A stretch of 64,000 bases of DNA from Diplonema japonicum. Its lineage: Eukaryota; Protista; Euglenozoa: Diplonemea. The translations under genes were made by a program, and so were the position numbers. The DNA lies in contig OZ025668.1 of NCBI GenBank assembly GCA_964019335.1, forward strand, positions 248,001 through 312,000. Reading direction: 5' to 3'. Shown here piece after piece: positions 42,818-54,387 of this stretch. The number at the start of each line of letters is the position of its first letter. Position 1 is the first letter of the stretch. The notes under the pieces are model-generated. The model did no database searches. It had not been told where the DNA came from and saw only the letters and a program-made list of their open reading frames with translations.

Positions 42818-43222
42818 TCACCTCATAGGTGGAAGAACAGATTTCTTAGATATCTTTTTAAAGTTCAAGAAGGTCCGAGGAAGGGGGGACAGGCTGTTGT
42901 GCCGCTTCACCTCAGGTAAAGAAAAAGGGAGGTCATTGGTAGTGTTACGGGCTTCTAAGGGTGACAGATGCCTGTGCTGCGTGCGCAGTGTCGCCTCCAA
43001 GGCAGCCGCGTTGATCACGTCAATGCTTTTGTATATGCTGTCCAGCTTCTCAGCCTCCTTCTCAACAACAGTGCATAACCGGTTGATCCTCCCTGCCAAC
43101 TCCAAAGGGTTCGCCGCCCTGCTGTCTTCCAAAGATACTATCTTCCTCCCTAAAACTTCTATTAAGATCTCAGTCTCAGCCGCTTCAGCTTCGAGACGCG
43201 CAACATATATACACACAGTCAT
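42818..43222 (-). CDS. small helical hypothetical protein (134 aa)
   Basis: Open frame MTVCIYVARLEAE...; could instead be a 3' exon of the 43344-43544 gene, but no in-phase canonical intron was found. Confidence 0.55.
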   Translation of the reverse strand: MTVCIYVARLEAEAAETEILIEVLGRKIVSLEDSRAANPLELAGRINRLCTVVEKEAEKLDSIYKSIDVINAAALEATLRTQHRHLSPLEARNTTNDLPFSLPEVKRHNSLSPLPRTFLNFKKISKKSVLPPMR

Positions 43223-43247
43223 GAGGGTACGCTGTGCGGCCTTTGAG

Positions 43248-43281
<34 letters not shown>

Positions 43282-43343
43282 AAAAGAATACGTAAAAAAT
43301 ATATATAAAAAAAAAAAAATGTAAAAAAAAAAAAATAATATCA

Positions 43344-43544
43344 TCACTTCTCGCTTTTTGGTACATAAGGTGGGACCCCAGTTGGTGTTTGCACACCTTT
43401 AAAATGGCACAGGAACGCGATAAGCCCCAGAGACGGCTCGTCTGGCTGCCGATCAATCAGGTAAGTCATCATCGTGTTAACCAACTCTGGCAGATCATGG
43501 TTGCGCATATACTGCGCTTCAGAGGTGTCCATATCTGCCGACAT
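43344..43544 (-). CDS. small RIIa/Dpy-30-like docking-domain protein (66 aa)
   Basis: AQYMRNHDLPELVNTMMTYLIDRQPDEPSLGLIAFL matches the D/D domain pattern. Confidence 0.7.
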   Translation of the reverse strand: MSADMDTSEAQYMRNHDLPELVNTMMTYLIDRQPDEPSLGLIAFLCHFKGVQTPTGVPPYVPKSEK

Positions 43545-43665
43545 TCTTCCACTCCTGATGGCGGGGGGAGTAACATAGAAGAAACAGGAAAGAAGCGTAT
43601 GGAAGGAGGGGAAAGAGGGGGTGGGAGAAAATCTATCTAAAAAGAAAAAAAATTTTTTTTTCTGA

Positions 43666-46045
43666 CTAATGTACAAGTTTCGAAGGAAGCAATGCTGTTG
43701 CCTTGTGCCTCGATATATCTTTTGAAGCTAATTTGTGGAAGTCTCCCCGTAGCATGTTGCTGTGGGTGTTTTTCTTTTCTTCTTTTTTTTCTTTTTTTCT
43801 TCGTTCCACCATACTTTATCTCAAGGAGGCTTTCTTTCTCAGACACCAACCGTTTGAAGTCTTGCTTCGCTTGCGCCATTCTGGACTTGAGGTCCTTGTT
43901 CTCTTTGGCGAGCTGGTGGCTCACGATTTTGAGCTTTTCGTACTTCCTCTTGTAACGCACCTGGGCGGCTGGGTCAAGCTCTTCCTTAGCGACGCTCTCC
44001 TCGCGTGAAAGGAGGGCTTCGTACATTTTCAACTTCCTCTTATCAGCCTCTGAGTTTCTCTTCAGCACAGCTATCTCCTCTGCTTGCCCGTTGTGGTTGT
44101 GGTGCGAGGGTATTGCTTGTACTTCCATCTCGCGGTGCAAGTCCAGTACTTCGGCTTGATTCGCCGCAAGTTCTTTCTTCTTTTCGCTAAGCTCCCTCCT
44201 TAACATCCCAACCTCCTCCTGAAGCTGTTTGGTCTTTTTCATGATCGGCTCTGCTGCCATCGCCTCCGCAAAGGACCTCACCTCTGCGCGTATTTTGCCG
44301 TTTTGTTCGACAAGCTCCTTGTTCTTCTCCTTCAAGTCCACCACCTGCGCCACCAGCTCGTCTTGCAACCCGGTAGAAACCGGCTTCTGAACCTTCTGGT
44401 GATACTGGTGATGATGATGATGATGATGGTGATGGTGATGTGACTGGTACCCCATCAGTGGCGACACAGGCGGGTACTCTGAGCTGGTGGACAAGTCGTG
44501 ATGTGAGTAGTAAGAGTGGTGGCTATGGTGGTTGTGATGGTCTTTCAGCTTCCTCTCCATGTCCCTCAGTGCCTCGTCCTTCTGCGTCATCTCCTGACGA
44601 CGTAGCGCCTCGCTTGCTTTTAGTTGTTCCTGCGTCGTCGTTTTCTCGACTTCCCTCTCCCGCTGCATCTCTTCTCTCCGCCTTCGCATCTCTTCGTCCA
44701 GCTCCCTATACCGTGTTTTTTCCTTTTCCAACACTTCTTTGTGTTCTTCTTTTAGAAGTGACGCTGCACGGGTGGCTGCTTCTATCTCTGTTTTCCGTGT
44801 TTGGAGCTCTGCGTGAAGGGATGCGATGAGGTCTTTCTTTGACTGGTTGTCTGTCTGGACACTCTGCAGTTCCATCTTTGTTTTGTGTAGATCGATTGTC
44901 ATTGTGCTGATCTCCTGCGAGCGTGCCTCGACCTCCTTCTTAGATGCGTCTGCTGACGACTCCTTCAGCCGCATGAGCTCCTCGCGTGCTCTCTCGATTC
45001 CGCTCTGCTCCTCTCGTAGTTGTTGTTTGAGATCTGAGTTTGCAGCACGCAAATCGTCGACTTCTTTGGTGTAGTGCTCGACCTTGATGTCGTTGCTGTC
45101 CTTCACCCGTGACAGCTCTGCCTCTTGTTCCATACGCTGATGGCGTATCTTGTCGAGATCGACTTGCAAGGTGGTCTTTGCTGTGTCGTCGTGTGTGACC
45201 TTGTCCTCGAGGGCTTTCTTTGTCGCAAGCGCGTCACGTTGTAAATCTTTGATACGTGTCTCGAAGTCGGCGGCTTGTGAGGCAAGGCGTTCCTTGCACT
45301 CCTTCAGCTGTTCTTTGAGAAATTCCTCGCGGTGTTTAGATTGTGAGGTTTGTTCTTCGAGGACCTGGAGTTGGAGGGTGGATGCGGTGAGGCTATCTTG
45401 CTTAGCTTGGAACTGTTCGAGGAGCTTCTCCTCACGGGTACGCCAGGCGTCTTCTTTTTGTTGTTGGGCGGTGTTGGTCTGGGTTATCTGTGCTTGGAGT
45501 TGAGTGTTGGCTTCTTCGAAAAGTTCGTTTCGCTGTCGTGCGATGGATGAGTTTAACTCGCGGATCTCGTTGTCTTTTGTGTGGGTGTCGGATTCGAATT
45601 TTCTGCGAGCGGTTTCTAGTTCTGTGCGTGAAGTGAGTAGCTGGGCTTGGTAGTGGGATTCCATTTCATTGAACCGCCGCTGCTCTTCGCGTACCTTCCC
45701 CTGCAGTGTCTCGGAGTGGATTTTTAGTTCTGCGATTTCTTGGTCACGCTCGATGACTGCGAGCTTCATGTTCTCCACAGCCTCCTCGTACCTCTCTATC
45801 TCTTCGTCCCGTTCTTTAATCAGTCCCAAGTTGTACTCAAAGTCCACAGCTAGCGTCTTGAGCGACTCTTTTTCGTGAGCTAGTTCCATTTCTTTCTGTC
45901 TGACGGTGGCCTCCAACGTCCTCACCCGTATATCCGTCATATCCCGGAGTTCTTGATGTTTTTGTAAAATGGACGTGTCGCTTGGTAAGAACGTGCTCTC
46001 CGATTCGTCGCCATTCGTGAAATCCGGATGAGCCTTAAATGCCAT
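43666..46045 (-). CDS. CCDC57: CCDC57-like centriolar coiled-coil protein (1 intron 43760-43814)
   Basis: DFEYNLGLIKERDEEIERYE and the spliced C-terminal EKESLLEINNMLRGD match CCDC57 signatures; internal poly-His tract. Confidence 0.7.
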
Positions 46046-46100
46046 TATGCATGCTTTTTTTTTTTTTTTTTTTGCTCCCCTCTTTTTTTTTTTTTGTTGC

Positions 46101-46134
<34 letters not shown>

Positions 46135-46225
46135 CTTTTCTTAAGAAAAAAAAAAAAAAGAAAGAAAAGCATTTTGTTAAAAAAAAATATATGAGAAAAA
46201 AAAAATGCTGTAAAAAGTGAAAACG

Positions 46226-46257
<32 letters not shown>

Positions 46258-47970
46258 TCGGACTGAACAAAAAAAAAAAAAAAAAAAAAAAAAAACACCC
46301 CTCACACTCACATTTGGTCTCACACATAAGTGAGCAGAGTGCTGGGTAAATGAATTCTAGAATCCAGTGACTTTGGTGGCCAGCGGGTTGAGCCAAACGG
46401 CCATTCAAGAAAAATACCTGGCCTGAAAAAACTACAGACGCAGAACGGCCCAAACATTTTCAGTCGGGGGGGGGGGGGGGGGGTTTCACTTTACAGTAAT
46501 AAAAAAAATGGGGCGGCGGGGAAAGTGAGTGACAAACAGGTGAAGAAATAAAAACAATGGGAAGAAAAGAGAAAAAAAAAAAAAAAAGAGAGGTGAAAAA
46601 AAAAAAATGGGTGGAAAGAATGGGGAGAAAATGAGAAGGGAATGAATGGGAAAGAATGTCATCTTTTCTTTAGGCGTTGGGCAGATCGAGGGGGGGGGGG
46701 GAAAGAAAACATGTTTTATTTTCTTTCTTTGAAAGTTCTCTCCGTACTGTAACCAAAAAGTTGTACTAAAAATACACAAAAGAAAAAGGAGCTATTATTA
46801 TTAAATAAGGCATTTGATGGGATAAATCAGGAACAACCCACTAGGAATACTGTAATATAAAAATACCGTGGTGCAGGTGGAGTTTCATTCATTTTCTCTT
46901 CTTTTTTTTTTTTTTTTTGCCTTCGAAATAGGTTTTCTTTTTTTTTTTCTTTCCTCCCACAACAGAAATCAATAAATTAAAAAATAAAAAACAACAAGAA
47001 TTAGACAAGAAAGATATAATAATAATAATAATAAAAATACTTTAAAAAAAAATGGCCAACGGAAAAAAAGAAGAAACATTTGTTTTGGAATTTAAAAAAA
47101 AAAAAATAATAATATTTGTGTGTGTGTTTGTGTAGCAGTTGGCACAGACAGGAAAGAAAAAGGTTTGAGAAGGGGAAAGAAAAAGAAGAAGAAAAAAAAA
47201 ACAGGGAAAATACCAATTCTGACGACTATTTTTTCAAATATTGTAATATGACAGTGTCAAGTCGACAAATCCAAGTCTTCACGGCGTCGGTTAATTTGTC
47301 AGGCCAGACCTTCTAAAAGCCACTAGAGGGAGCTTTTTTCTTTTTTTTTTTTTTTTTTGTTTTGAGTGGACGCCCTGGGAAATTTTGGCCCAGGAATTAT
47401 TCCGTCCGACATTTTTCATCTATCGGTATCGCCAAAACAAATTGTCCCTTTTTTTTTTTCCCCTCTTTTTTTTTTTTTTTTTAGAAAAAAAATAAAACAC
47501 AAAAATTGTGTAACTAAGAAGAATAGAGCCGTTTTTAAATTCTGGTCGGAGGGGGGGGGGGGTAATTTAATAAAAACACGCCAGGGGTTGGGGGTGGTCA
47601 TATTTTAATAGCTACAGTAACAAGTGTTTTCTAGGAATCCGTTTCGGGTGTAAAGAAATTATAAATATTACACAAACATTGACCGCATCTAAGCCATAGA
47701 AAGCGAATCCTGCTATGAATTTGCACTATGGGAAATTCATCAGGAGGGGGGCAGAAGAGGCAAAATACACTAAGCATGTAGGCAATATGACTCATTATTC
47801 GTGCAGTGTAAAGAGGAGGGGAAAAAAAAGAAGAAAAAAATTGTCCTCATAGCATGACTAGTGCGGGTTTGCGGGTAGCCTTTTGGTTTGTTTGTTTCTT
47901 CTTCTTTTTTTTTTTTCCAATTCTTTTTTTCTTCATCTATACATAACAAAGGGAAAAGAACGATTTTTTC

Positions 47971-48005
<35 letters not shown>

Positions 48006-48089
48006 CAAATTTCTCATCGTATACATTGGGCTCTAGAAAAATAAAAGAAATAAAGGTACATTTAAATATGCCACAGTCTTTGGGGCTCG

Positions 48090-48130
<41 letters not shown>

Positions 48131-48315
48131 TCCCCCCAGGGGGTCTTAACGGAAAATAAACTTTTGCAGCCCGATACCCTCCCCTGCTGGATATTAGGAT
48201 TTGGAGTCATATCATCTTGTTCTCGGGGGTTCTGCATTTTCATCAGGGCTTTTAAATCTTCCCCCCCACCCCACCCTCCATTTTTTTTTCTTGTTACAAT
48301 TTGGGGGGATAAAGA

Positions 48316-48567
48316 CGACTATGAAGGGACCTGCATACTTTGATCCCTCTGCCGTGGTAGTTTACTGCCTTAGGTGAACCAACTAGCGAGTTGTTGAGGA
48401 TGCAATGTGCTCAGTTGCTCCACTAGTATCGATACAGTACTGGGTCTGTGATACAACGGCTCTTTGCCGTCACCTCGTGAGCGCGAGCTGGGGCTGATGG
48501 TTCCTTTTATTGGCACGGTCGATACCAATAAAGTACAGAAACTGTAGCTTTAGAATCGTTGGTGGAA
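48316..48567 (-). mobile_element. short SL-headed retroposon-like element
   Basis: SL + hairpin head shared with 57000-57061, 44-codon ATG-less frame ending LHPQQLASWFT*, 3' stem-loop 48323-48349, possible 7-bp TSD ATAAAGA (48309-15 / 48568-74). Confidence 0.65.
48526..48563 (-). other. genomic copy of the spliced-leader exon followed by a GT donor
   Basis: ACCAACGATTCTAAAGCTACAGTTTCTGTACTTTATTG|GTATCG; contains the euglenozoan SL core CAGTTTCTGTACTTTATTG. Confidence 0.92.
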
Positions 48568-48617
48568 ATAAAGATAATAAAAAAAAAAAGAGCACACACG
48601 CAGAACCACCAAAAAGC

Positions 48618-48650
<33 letters not shown>

Positions 48651-48677
48651 GAAAGAGAGATTAAAAAAGAAAAGTTT

Positions 48678-48720
<43 letters not shown>

Positions 48721-50338
48721 TTTTTTTTTCCCCACCTCGCTCCCTGACTCCAGCCTCCTCAAGAAATTAACCTTAGCTCCTTAGGTTTTTTATTTCTAGA
48801 GGGAGGAGAGGAGCAAAAAAAAAAAAAAAAAGAAGGGGGAAACAAAAAACGATAAGTGTGACGAAAACAGCTAGCCAGCAATGTCTCTTGTTTATTTTTT
48901 AAAAGGATTCTTTTTTTTTTTTTTTCATCTTCTTTATTTTTAGACGAAGCCGGCGGAGTGTTACAAATGAGGGAGAAGGGTGAAATGAGAAGGGGAAGAA
49001 AAAAAAAAAAGTTTGTGTGTTAAAAAAAAAAAAAGGAAAAATAAAAAAAGTTACCCGGGTTAAAAATAATAAAAAAAGAAAATACAGTCCCACCGTTATT
49101 AATTTTTTTTTTCTTTCGAAAATGACATCTTGCAGGAAGTTGTCGGTTTTTTTTTTTTTTTTTTTTTTTTTCTTGTGCATTCTGTGTTTGTGTGTGTAAA
49201 AGCAGAAATAGAGGGGGGAAGAGGGAAAAAAGGGCTTTTTTTTTTTTTTTTTTTTTTCCTTTTGCCCTTGTGGTCTCCGTAATTTGATTTTTTTTTTTTA
49301 ACTGAAGACTTTTATAGATTCAAAAAAAAAAAAAAAAGACATTTAAGGGTGCCTGCGGTATGTGGCAGGACGCAATAAATCAGAAACGTCAGGCACCTCT
49401 CACTTCAGGAAAATGCACCTGGCAGTGACACATCCCGCACCAGAACATAAAGGGGGAGGAAAGTGTAAAAGAAAAAGAAAAGGAAGGGAAAATAAACATT
49501 CTTTTTTTTTTTTTTTCCCCTCCCGAAACTTTCCATATTCAAGGGTCGGAACCTAATTGTTAACAAGTAATCCCCGCCAGAGAAAAATAAAAAATGTGCT
49601 CTGATTTACAAAAAAAAAAAAAAAAAAAAAAAAATGATGTTTTAAAGTCTCTCCGCAGTACTTACACAAAGAAGCAAACATGCCTCTGTTTTCTGCAACA
49701 GGCAGTACACCTTTTTTTTTTCTTTTTTTTTTCTCTTTCTTTTTTTCATAGGAAAAAAAAAAGTTTTTTCTTTGAGGGTATTAACGAGTTTCTCGTGTGA
49801 CGTTGCGTCTATTGAGGCTCCTCTGTTATTTAATTTTACCCTGTTTTTTTTTTTTTTTTTATAATTATTCTTTTTCATAGCAAGCAGTGCGAAATCCTCA
49901 TTGATCAAAGGGGCAGGGGGGAAAAAAGTGGCAAAAAAAAGACGGGAGGGGAGAGACGACGGGGGAAGGAGGGAACAAAGGGGAGACAAAACAAAAAAAA
50001 GGCTTGGAGAAAGCAACAGAATAGGTAACTTTAAAGTACCCCCCCCCCCCACCCCCTGTTGTTTTCACTATCTTTTTAAAAACTAGCAAGAACTTTGACT
50101 AAGGAGAATACCCGAGAGAGTGACCTAGGGAAGAAATCACTACACCACCACGAAGAAGAGACTTTTTTTTTCATTTACAAGAATTATATAAAAAAAAAAG
50201 TGTTGTGTAAATCATTACCTATTAAAACACAAAAGAAAAATGATTAAAAAAAAGAAAGGGGGGGGGGATTCGAAAAAAAGAATTTCCTTTTTTAAGAGGG
50301 AATGATGGTGGCTTTTTCTCTTCTTTTCTTTTTCTTTC

Positions 50339-50370
<32 letters not shown>

Positions 50371-51194
50371 CCTTTTTGCATTTCTCGGGAAAACATACTT
50401 AACTATCAAAGCATCAAGCTTGTTTGCTTACTTTTCTTTGAAATTTAATTTTTTAAAGGAAGCAAAGAGAGAAGGGGCAGAGTGGGCAAAGGGGGGAGAC
50501 AAAAAAAATACTGAAAGTCTTTTTAAAAAAATACAGGAGGGGAAGGGATTGAGTGTTATGTGTGTTTTGTGAAAACGAGTTTTCCTTTTTTTTTTTTTTT
50601 TTTTTTTTTTTTCTCCTTTTTTTTTTTCTTCCTCCCATTCTTCTCCATTTTTTTTTCTTTTAAGACCATGTACTAGACGAGGGCATGAAAATAGAAAATA
50701 AAAAAAAAAATAAAAATAAAAAAACCGGGTGGTAATTTTTTTTTTCCCTTCTTTTTCATTTTAAATTTTCTTTTTTCATAAAAATAGCTACGAATTTCTT
50801 TTCTTTTTTTTTTTTCTTCTTCTTTTTTAAAGCTCCCCACGTCAGACACGTAAAGGGGTAAACAATAAAAGAAAATCGAGAGAGAAATGAAAAGGAGGAA
50901 AAAAAAAAACAGTATAAAGCACAAAGACGTTTGCCAGTATCTCTTTTTTTTCTCTCTTTTTTTTTTTTCCTTCTTCCCCAAGGAGGGACAAAAAAAAAAC
51001 AGGGAGGGGAAGGGTAAAGACCAGGGCAGCAAAGAAGGGGAAGGGAGAAAAAAAAAATTTTTTTTTGACATTAGTTTGGAAAATATACTCAGAAAAATGC
51101 CCTGAAGGTCTAAAGTAAGAGAGCAGAGAGAGACGAAAACACCGAAAGGAAAAAATGGCTACTTTTCAGAAAACTAGACGTAGACTCCTTTGTT

Positions 51195-51248
<54 letters not shown>

Positions 51249-52052
51249 CTAGGGGAGGGGAGGGGAGGGGAGGAGAGGAGACGATAGAAGCAGTAGGGAA
51301 GGGGGAAACATCTAGACTTCTTTTTTTTTTTTCTTTTTTTTTTTCTTCCAAGAAAATACAACTGAATCTCTTTCCTTTTACACGATCTAACACAGTTTAT
51401 TTATTTTATTTTATTTTTTTCAGAATTAGTTCATGTAAATCCGATAAAATTTAATCAGGAAAGCGTTGCCAGGATTAAGTATTCGGGCTGCACCAGGATG
51501 TGGTCCTCTAGCCTCCAGACACATGGGGTGCTCAGGTGCTGAGAAACACGGTATTCGGGATTTAACTTTTTATCGGTTTTACAGTACTCTTTTTTTTTTT
51601 TTTTTTGTTCTCCCCGTTCACCCCAAAAAAAATATTCTCCTATTTTTTTTTTTTTTTTTTTTTTTTAAAAGGTGGGTACAACACCATCACCGTTTCTTTT
51701 TTTTTTTTTTGTCACTTTACTTTTTCTTTTTTTTTTCCCAGGAGAAGTCGTAAAAAAATAAGGAGGGGACGGGAGGTGGGGTACAGCCTAGGGGAGGGGA
51801 AACTTTTTTTTGGAATTAAAGGGAAAAGGGATAATCGAGGGAGGGAGGGAGGGGGGATCAGCACGATGTTTAACCTCAAAAAAGAAAATTTTGCGTTTTT
51901 TTTTTTTTTTTTTTTTTTTTGCGCTCACCGGCTTACTTGGGTTTAGCCCCCCCCAGAAATTCACAGTTACACACGAAATACCATATTCTTTTTTTTTTTT
52001 TTTCCTTCCTTCTTAATTTTGCGTTTCTTTTCTTTTCTTTTCTTTTCTTTTC

Positions 52053-52103
<51 letters not shown>

Positions 52104-52125
52104 ATCTGATTTTCCCCCCCTTCCC

Positions 52126-52758
52126 CTAGTTGAACCAAACACACCCGGATGTGTCAACGAAAGGGTCAGCTACCTCCACAGGTACCGGGTTTGGGTGGTT
52201 CTCATGGCTCAGAGCGTCGGACCACGGCAGCGCAGCCGGAGGGGGCGGGGTGGGGGTCGTCGTCGCAGGACGGTGAATCGTTGTAGGGGGTGCTTGCTTT
52301 GGTGCAGTGCGTGCGCCCTGCTGGCTGTAAACATCAAAGAAAGGGTTGTGCTGAGCGGATGTACGTACTTGGTGCGACCCATGGGCAAAGGCACACCTGT
52401 CCCCAAACTGGCAGTGAATACCAGCAGCCCAGTTCCTGCACACCTTTGTACGAAACTTTGTTGCCTCCACGGCAGGTGCGCCCTTTGGCCTTGCGACAGG
52501 GCTGCTCTGCCCACTGCTTTCAGTCAACCCTTCAGATCCCTCATCACAGCTGGTTTCTTTCCTAATCTCCTCTCCCCATAGGTAGGATACCTCTTTCTCG
52601 TTGCTCTCCTTTCCTACTGCCAAAGGCGGAGGCGACAAATCCCACTCCCGAGCCTCACACACAGCCTCGTCACCCATAGTGGCAGGCTGGTAAGTAAGGC
52701 ACCCAATGTCCTTAAGAAGGCAGTCCAGCTGGCTCTCAGAGAACGCGTCGGAGTTCAT
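52126..52758 (-). CDS. CCCH zinc-finger RNA-binding protein
   Basis: KFRTKVCRNWAAGIHCQFGDRCAFAHG. Confidence 0.88.
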   Translation of the reverse strand: MNSDAFSESQLDCLLKDIGCLTYQPATMGDEAVCEAREWDLSPPPLAVGKESNEKEVSYLWGEEIRKETSCDEGSEGLTESSGQSSPVARPKGAPAVEATKFRTKVCRNWAAGIHCQFGDRCAFAHGSHQVRTSAQHNPFFDVYSQQGARTAPKQAPPTTIHRPATTTPTPPPPAALPWSDALSHENHPNPVPVEVADPFVDTSGCVWFN

Positions 52759-52767
52759 CGTGGAAAC

Positions 52768-52806
<39 letters not shown>

Positions 52807-53027
52807 TGTGTGTAGAAAAAGAAGAAAAAAACGGGGGGGGGAAACGGAAGCGGAGGGGGGATTTAGGAATAAAAAAAAACCCTGACTTTTTTTTTTTTTT
52901 TTTTTTTTTACAAGAAAAAAGAATAGAAAAGAAAAAAACAAAAACAAAAAAACTTACTTACTTACAATAACAGGTACATTTTTTTTCCCCCTTTCCCCCC
53001 CCCTTTTTTTTTCCTTCCCCTCCCAAT

Positions 53028-54047
53028 CTAAGCAAACATAGTATCTGTGTTCCCCACATCAGTCACAAGGTAAGGCAGTACGTAGATTACAAAAAGACAA
53101 ACCATAATGTGCGCCAGTCCTAGCACGGAGTACGAGAGCAGCCAGTGCGAAGAAGGAGACGGATCAGGCATAGGCATGGGGGGTACAGCTGAGGGAAGGG
53201 CGGGAAGGGGCTCGGGGCAAGGCGGGGGCACCTTGTGAAACTTCTCCCGTGCGATAACTTCAAGAACCTCTTTTTTATGCGCTTTAAGTTGCTGTTGAAA
53301 CTCAGACACAACTTTTTTGGTTAACTCAGGTGTGGAACTAACAGCCCCAACAGGAGGAGGCACGGTAGCTATCGAGACAACACTTCTCGCCCGGTTAGAC
53401 GCCGTTCCCCCAGGAAGCTTAAAATCTGTCAACAATTTATACGCACTGGGCTTCCTGGTACTGTGGTGTCTAGGAAGGGTTTCGATAGAGGGAGTTGTCA
53501 TTGTACCACCCTCCACAGCGGTGTCTACAGTCATAGTTACTGCACCAACAGGCATTGGGTCTTGGCCGTTGGGCTTAGTTGATGGTGTTGCCTGTACTTC
53601 TATTGATACGCCTTTTGGTTGGCATTGTGAAGCTACTTCGTCGGTCAACACTGGGATTGTTTGTGTAAAGGTGTTTGATATCTCTGCCTGCGGTTCCTCG
53701 GGGAGCGGGGGTAGTTTCACTTTTTTCTTTCCTGTAAAGGTTCTGCCCAGTTCTTTGAAATATTTGTCTAATGGGTGTTCCCAGCTGCTTTCCCCGCTTC
53801 GTATGTTGAAGTAATAATGGCCGCCTCTCCGCCCACCTTCCACTCCGCTATGGACGGCGCCCGACCGTTGCCCGTCGGAGCTGCACTCCTTCCAGAATTT
53901 TGGCAGCGGTGCTGTGTAGCCTTTCTCTGCAATCCACATGACATCCCCTCTGGACTCGTCCAGCCCGAGCCACCTTGCGTATTCGAGCAGATCCTCTTTT
54001 GTGACCTCTGCGTCTTCCAGTACTGGTGGCGGGAAAATGTTTGTCAT
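53028..54047 (-). CDS. CEP164-like N-terminal WW-domain protein with C-terminal TM anchor
   Basis: EYARWLGLD...WIAEKGYTAPLPKFWKEC...YYFNIRSGESSWEHPLD; hydrophobic tail. Confidence 0.75.
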   Translation of the reverse strand: MTNIFPPPVLEDAEVTKEDLLEYARWLGLDESRGDVMWIAEKGYTAPLPKFWKECSSDGQRSGAVHSGVEGGRRGGHYYFNIRSGESSWEHPLDKYFKELGRTFTGKKKVKLPPLPEEPQAEISNTFTQTIPVLTDEVASQCQPKGVSIEVQATPSTKPNGQDPMPVGAVTMTVDTAVEGGTMTTPSIETLPRHHSTRKPSAYKLLTDFKLPGGTASNRARSVVSIATVPPPVGAVSSTPELTKKVVSEFQQQLKAHKKEVLEVIAREKFHKVPPPCPEPLPALPSAVPPMPMPDPSPSSHWLLSYSVLGLAHIMVCLFVIYVLPYLVTDVGNTDTMFA

Positions 54048-54387
54048 ATTCCCTTTTTTTTTTTGATTATTTTGACGGTAATGTTTCTTTTGGTAAAAAA
54101 AGTTGTTAACACAAAAAAGAAGGGGGGGGGGAGAAATAAACGGTTTCAAGGGAATAAAAAAATCGGGCTTTTTTTTTTGTGGCAAACAAAAGGGCTAGTA
54201 AGATACCAGAGAAAAAAAAAAGGGGGGAAGGAAGGGAGGGGGAAAAACACTGGGAGTCATAGTATGTAAAACCCTCCCCCCCCCCTCGTCCCTGTTTCCT
54301 TTTTTTTTTTGTTTTTTTTTTTTCTTTTTAGACATGGGAATATCCCACCCCCTCCCCCCCCCCACAGCCTGCCCCATTTAATTTACC

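Noticed and set aside
46046-46453. N-terminal extensions and ORFs rich in poly-F/poly-K/poly-G throughout the ORF track
   Set aside because: Translations of homopolymer runs, usually from non-ATG starts.
48400-48563. Functional SL RNA gene
   Set aside because: No Sm-like site or T-run terminator at the expected distance, not in a tandem array, and the two copies diverge completely ~22 nt after the SL; not fully excluded without the true SL locus.
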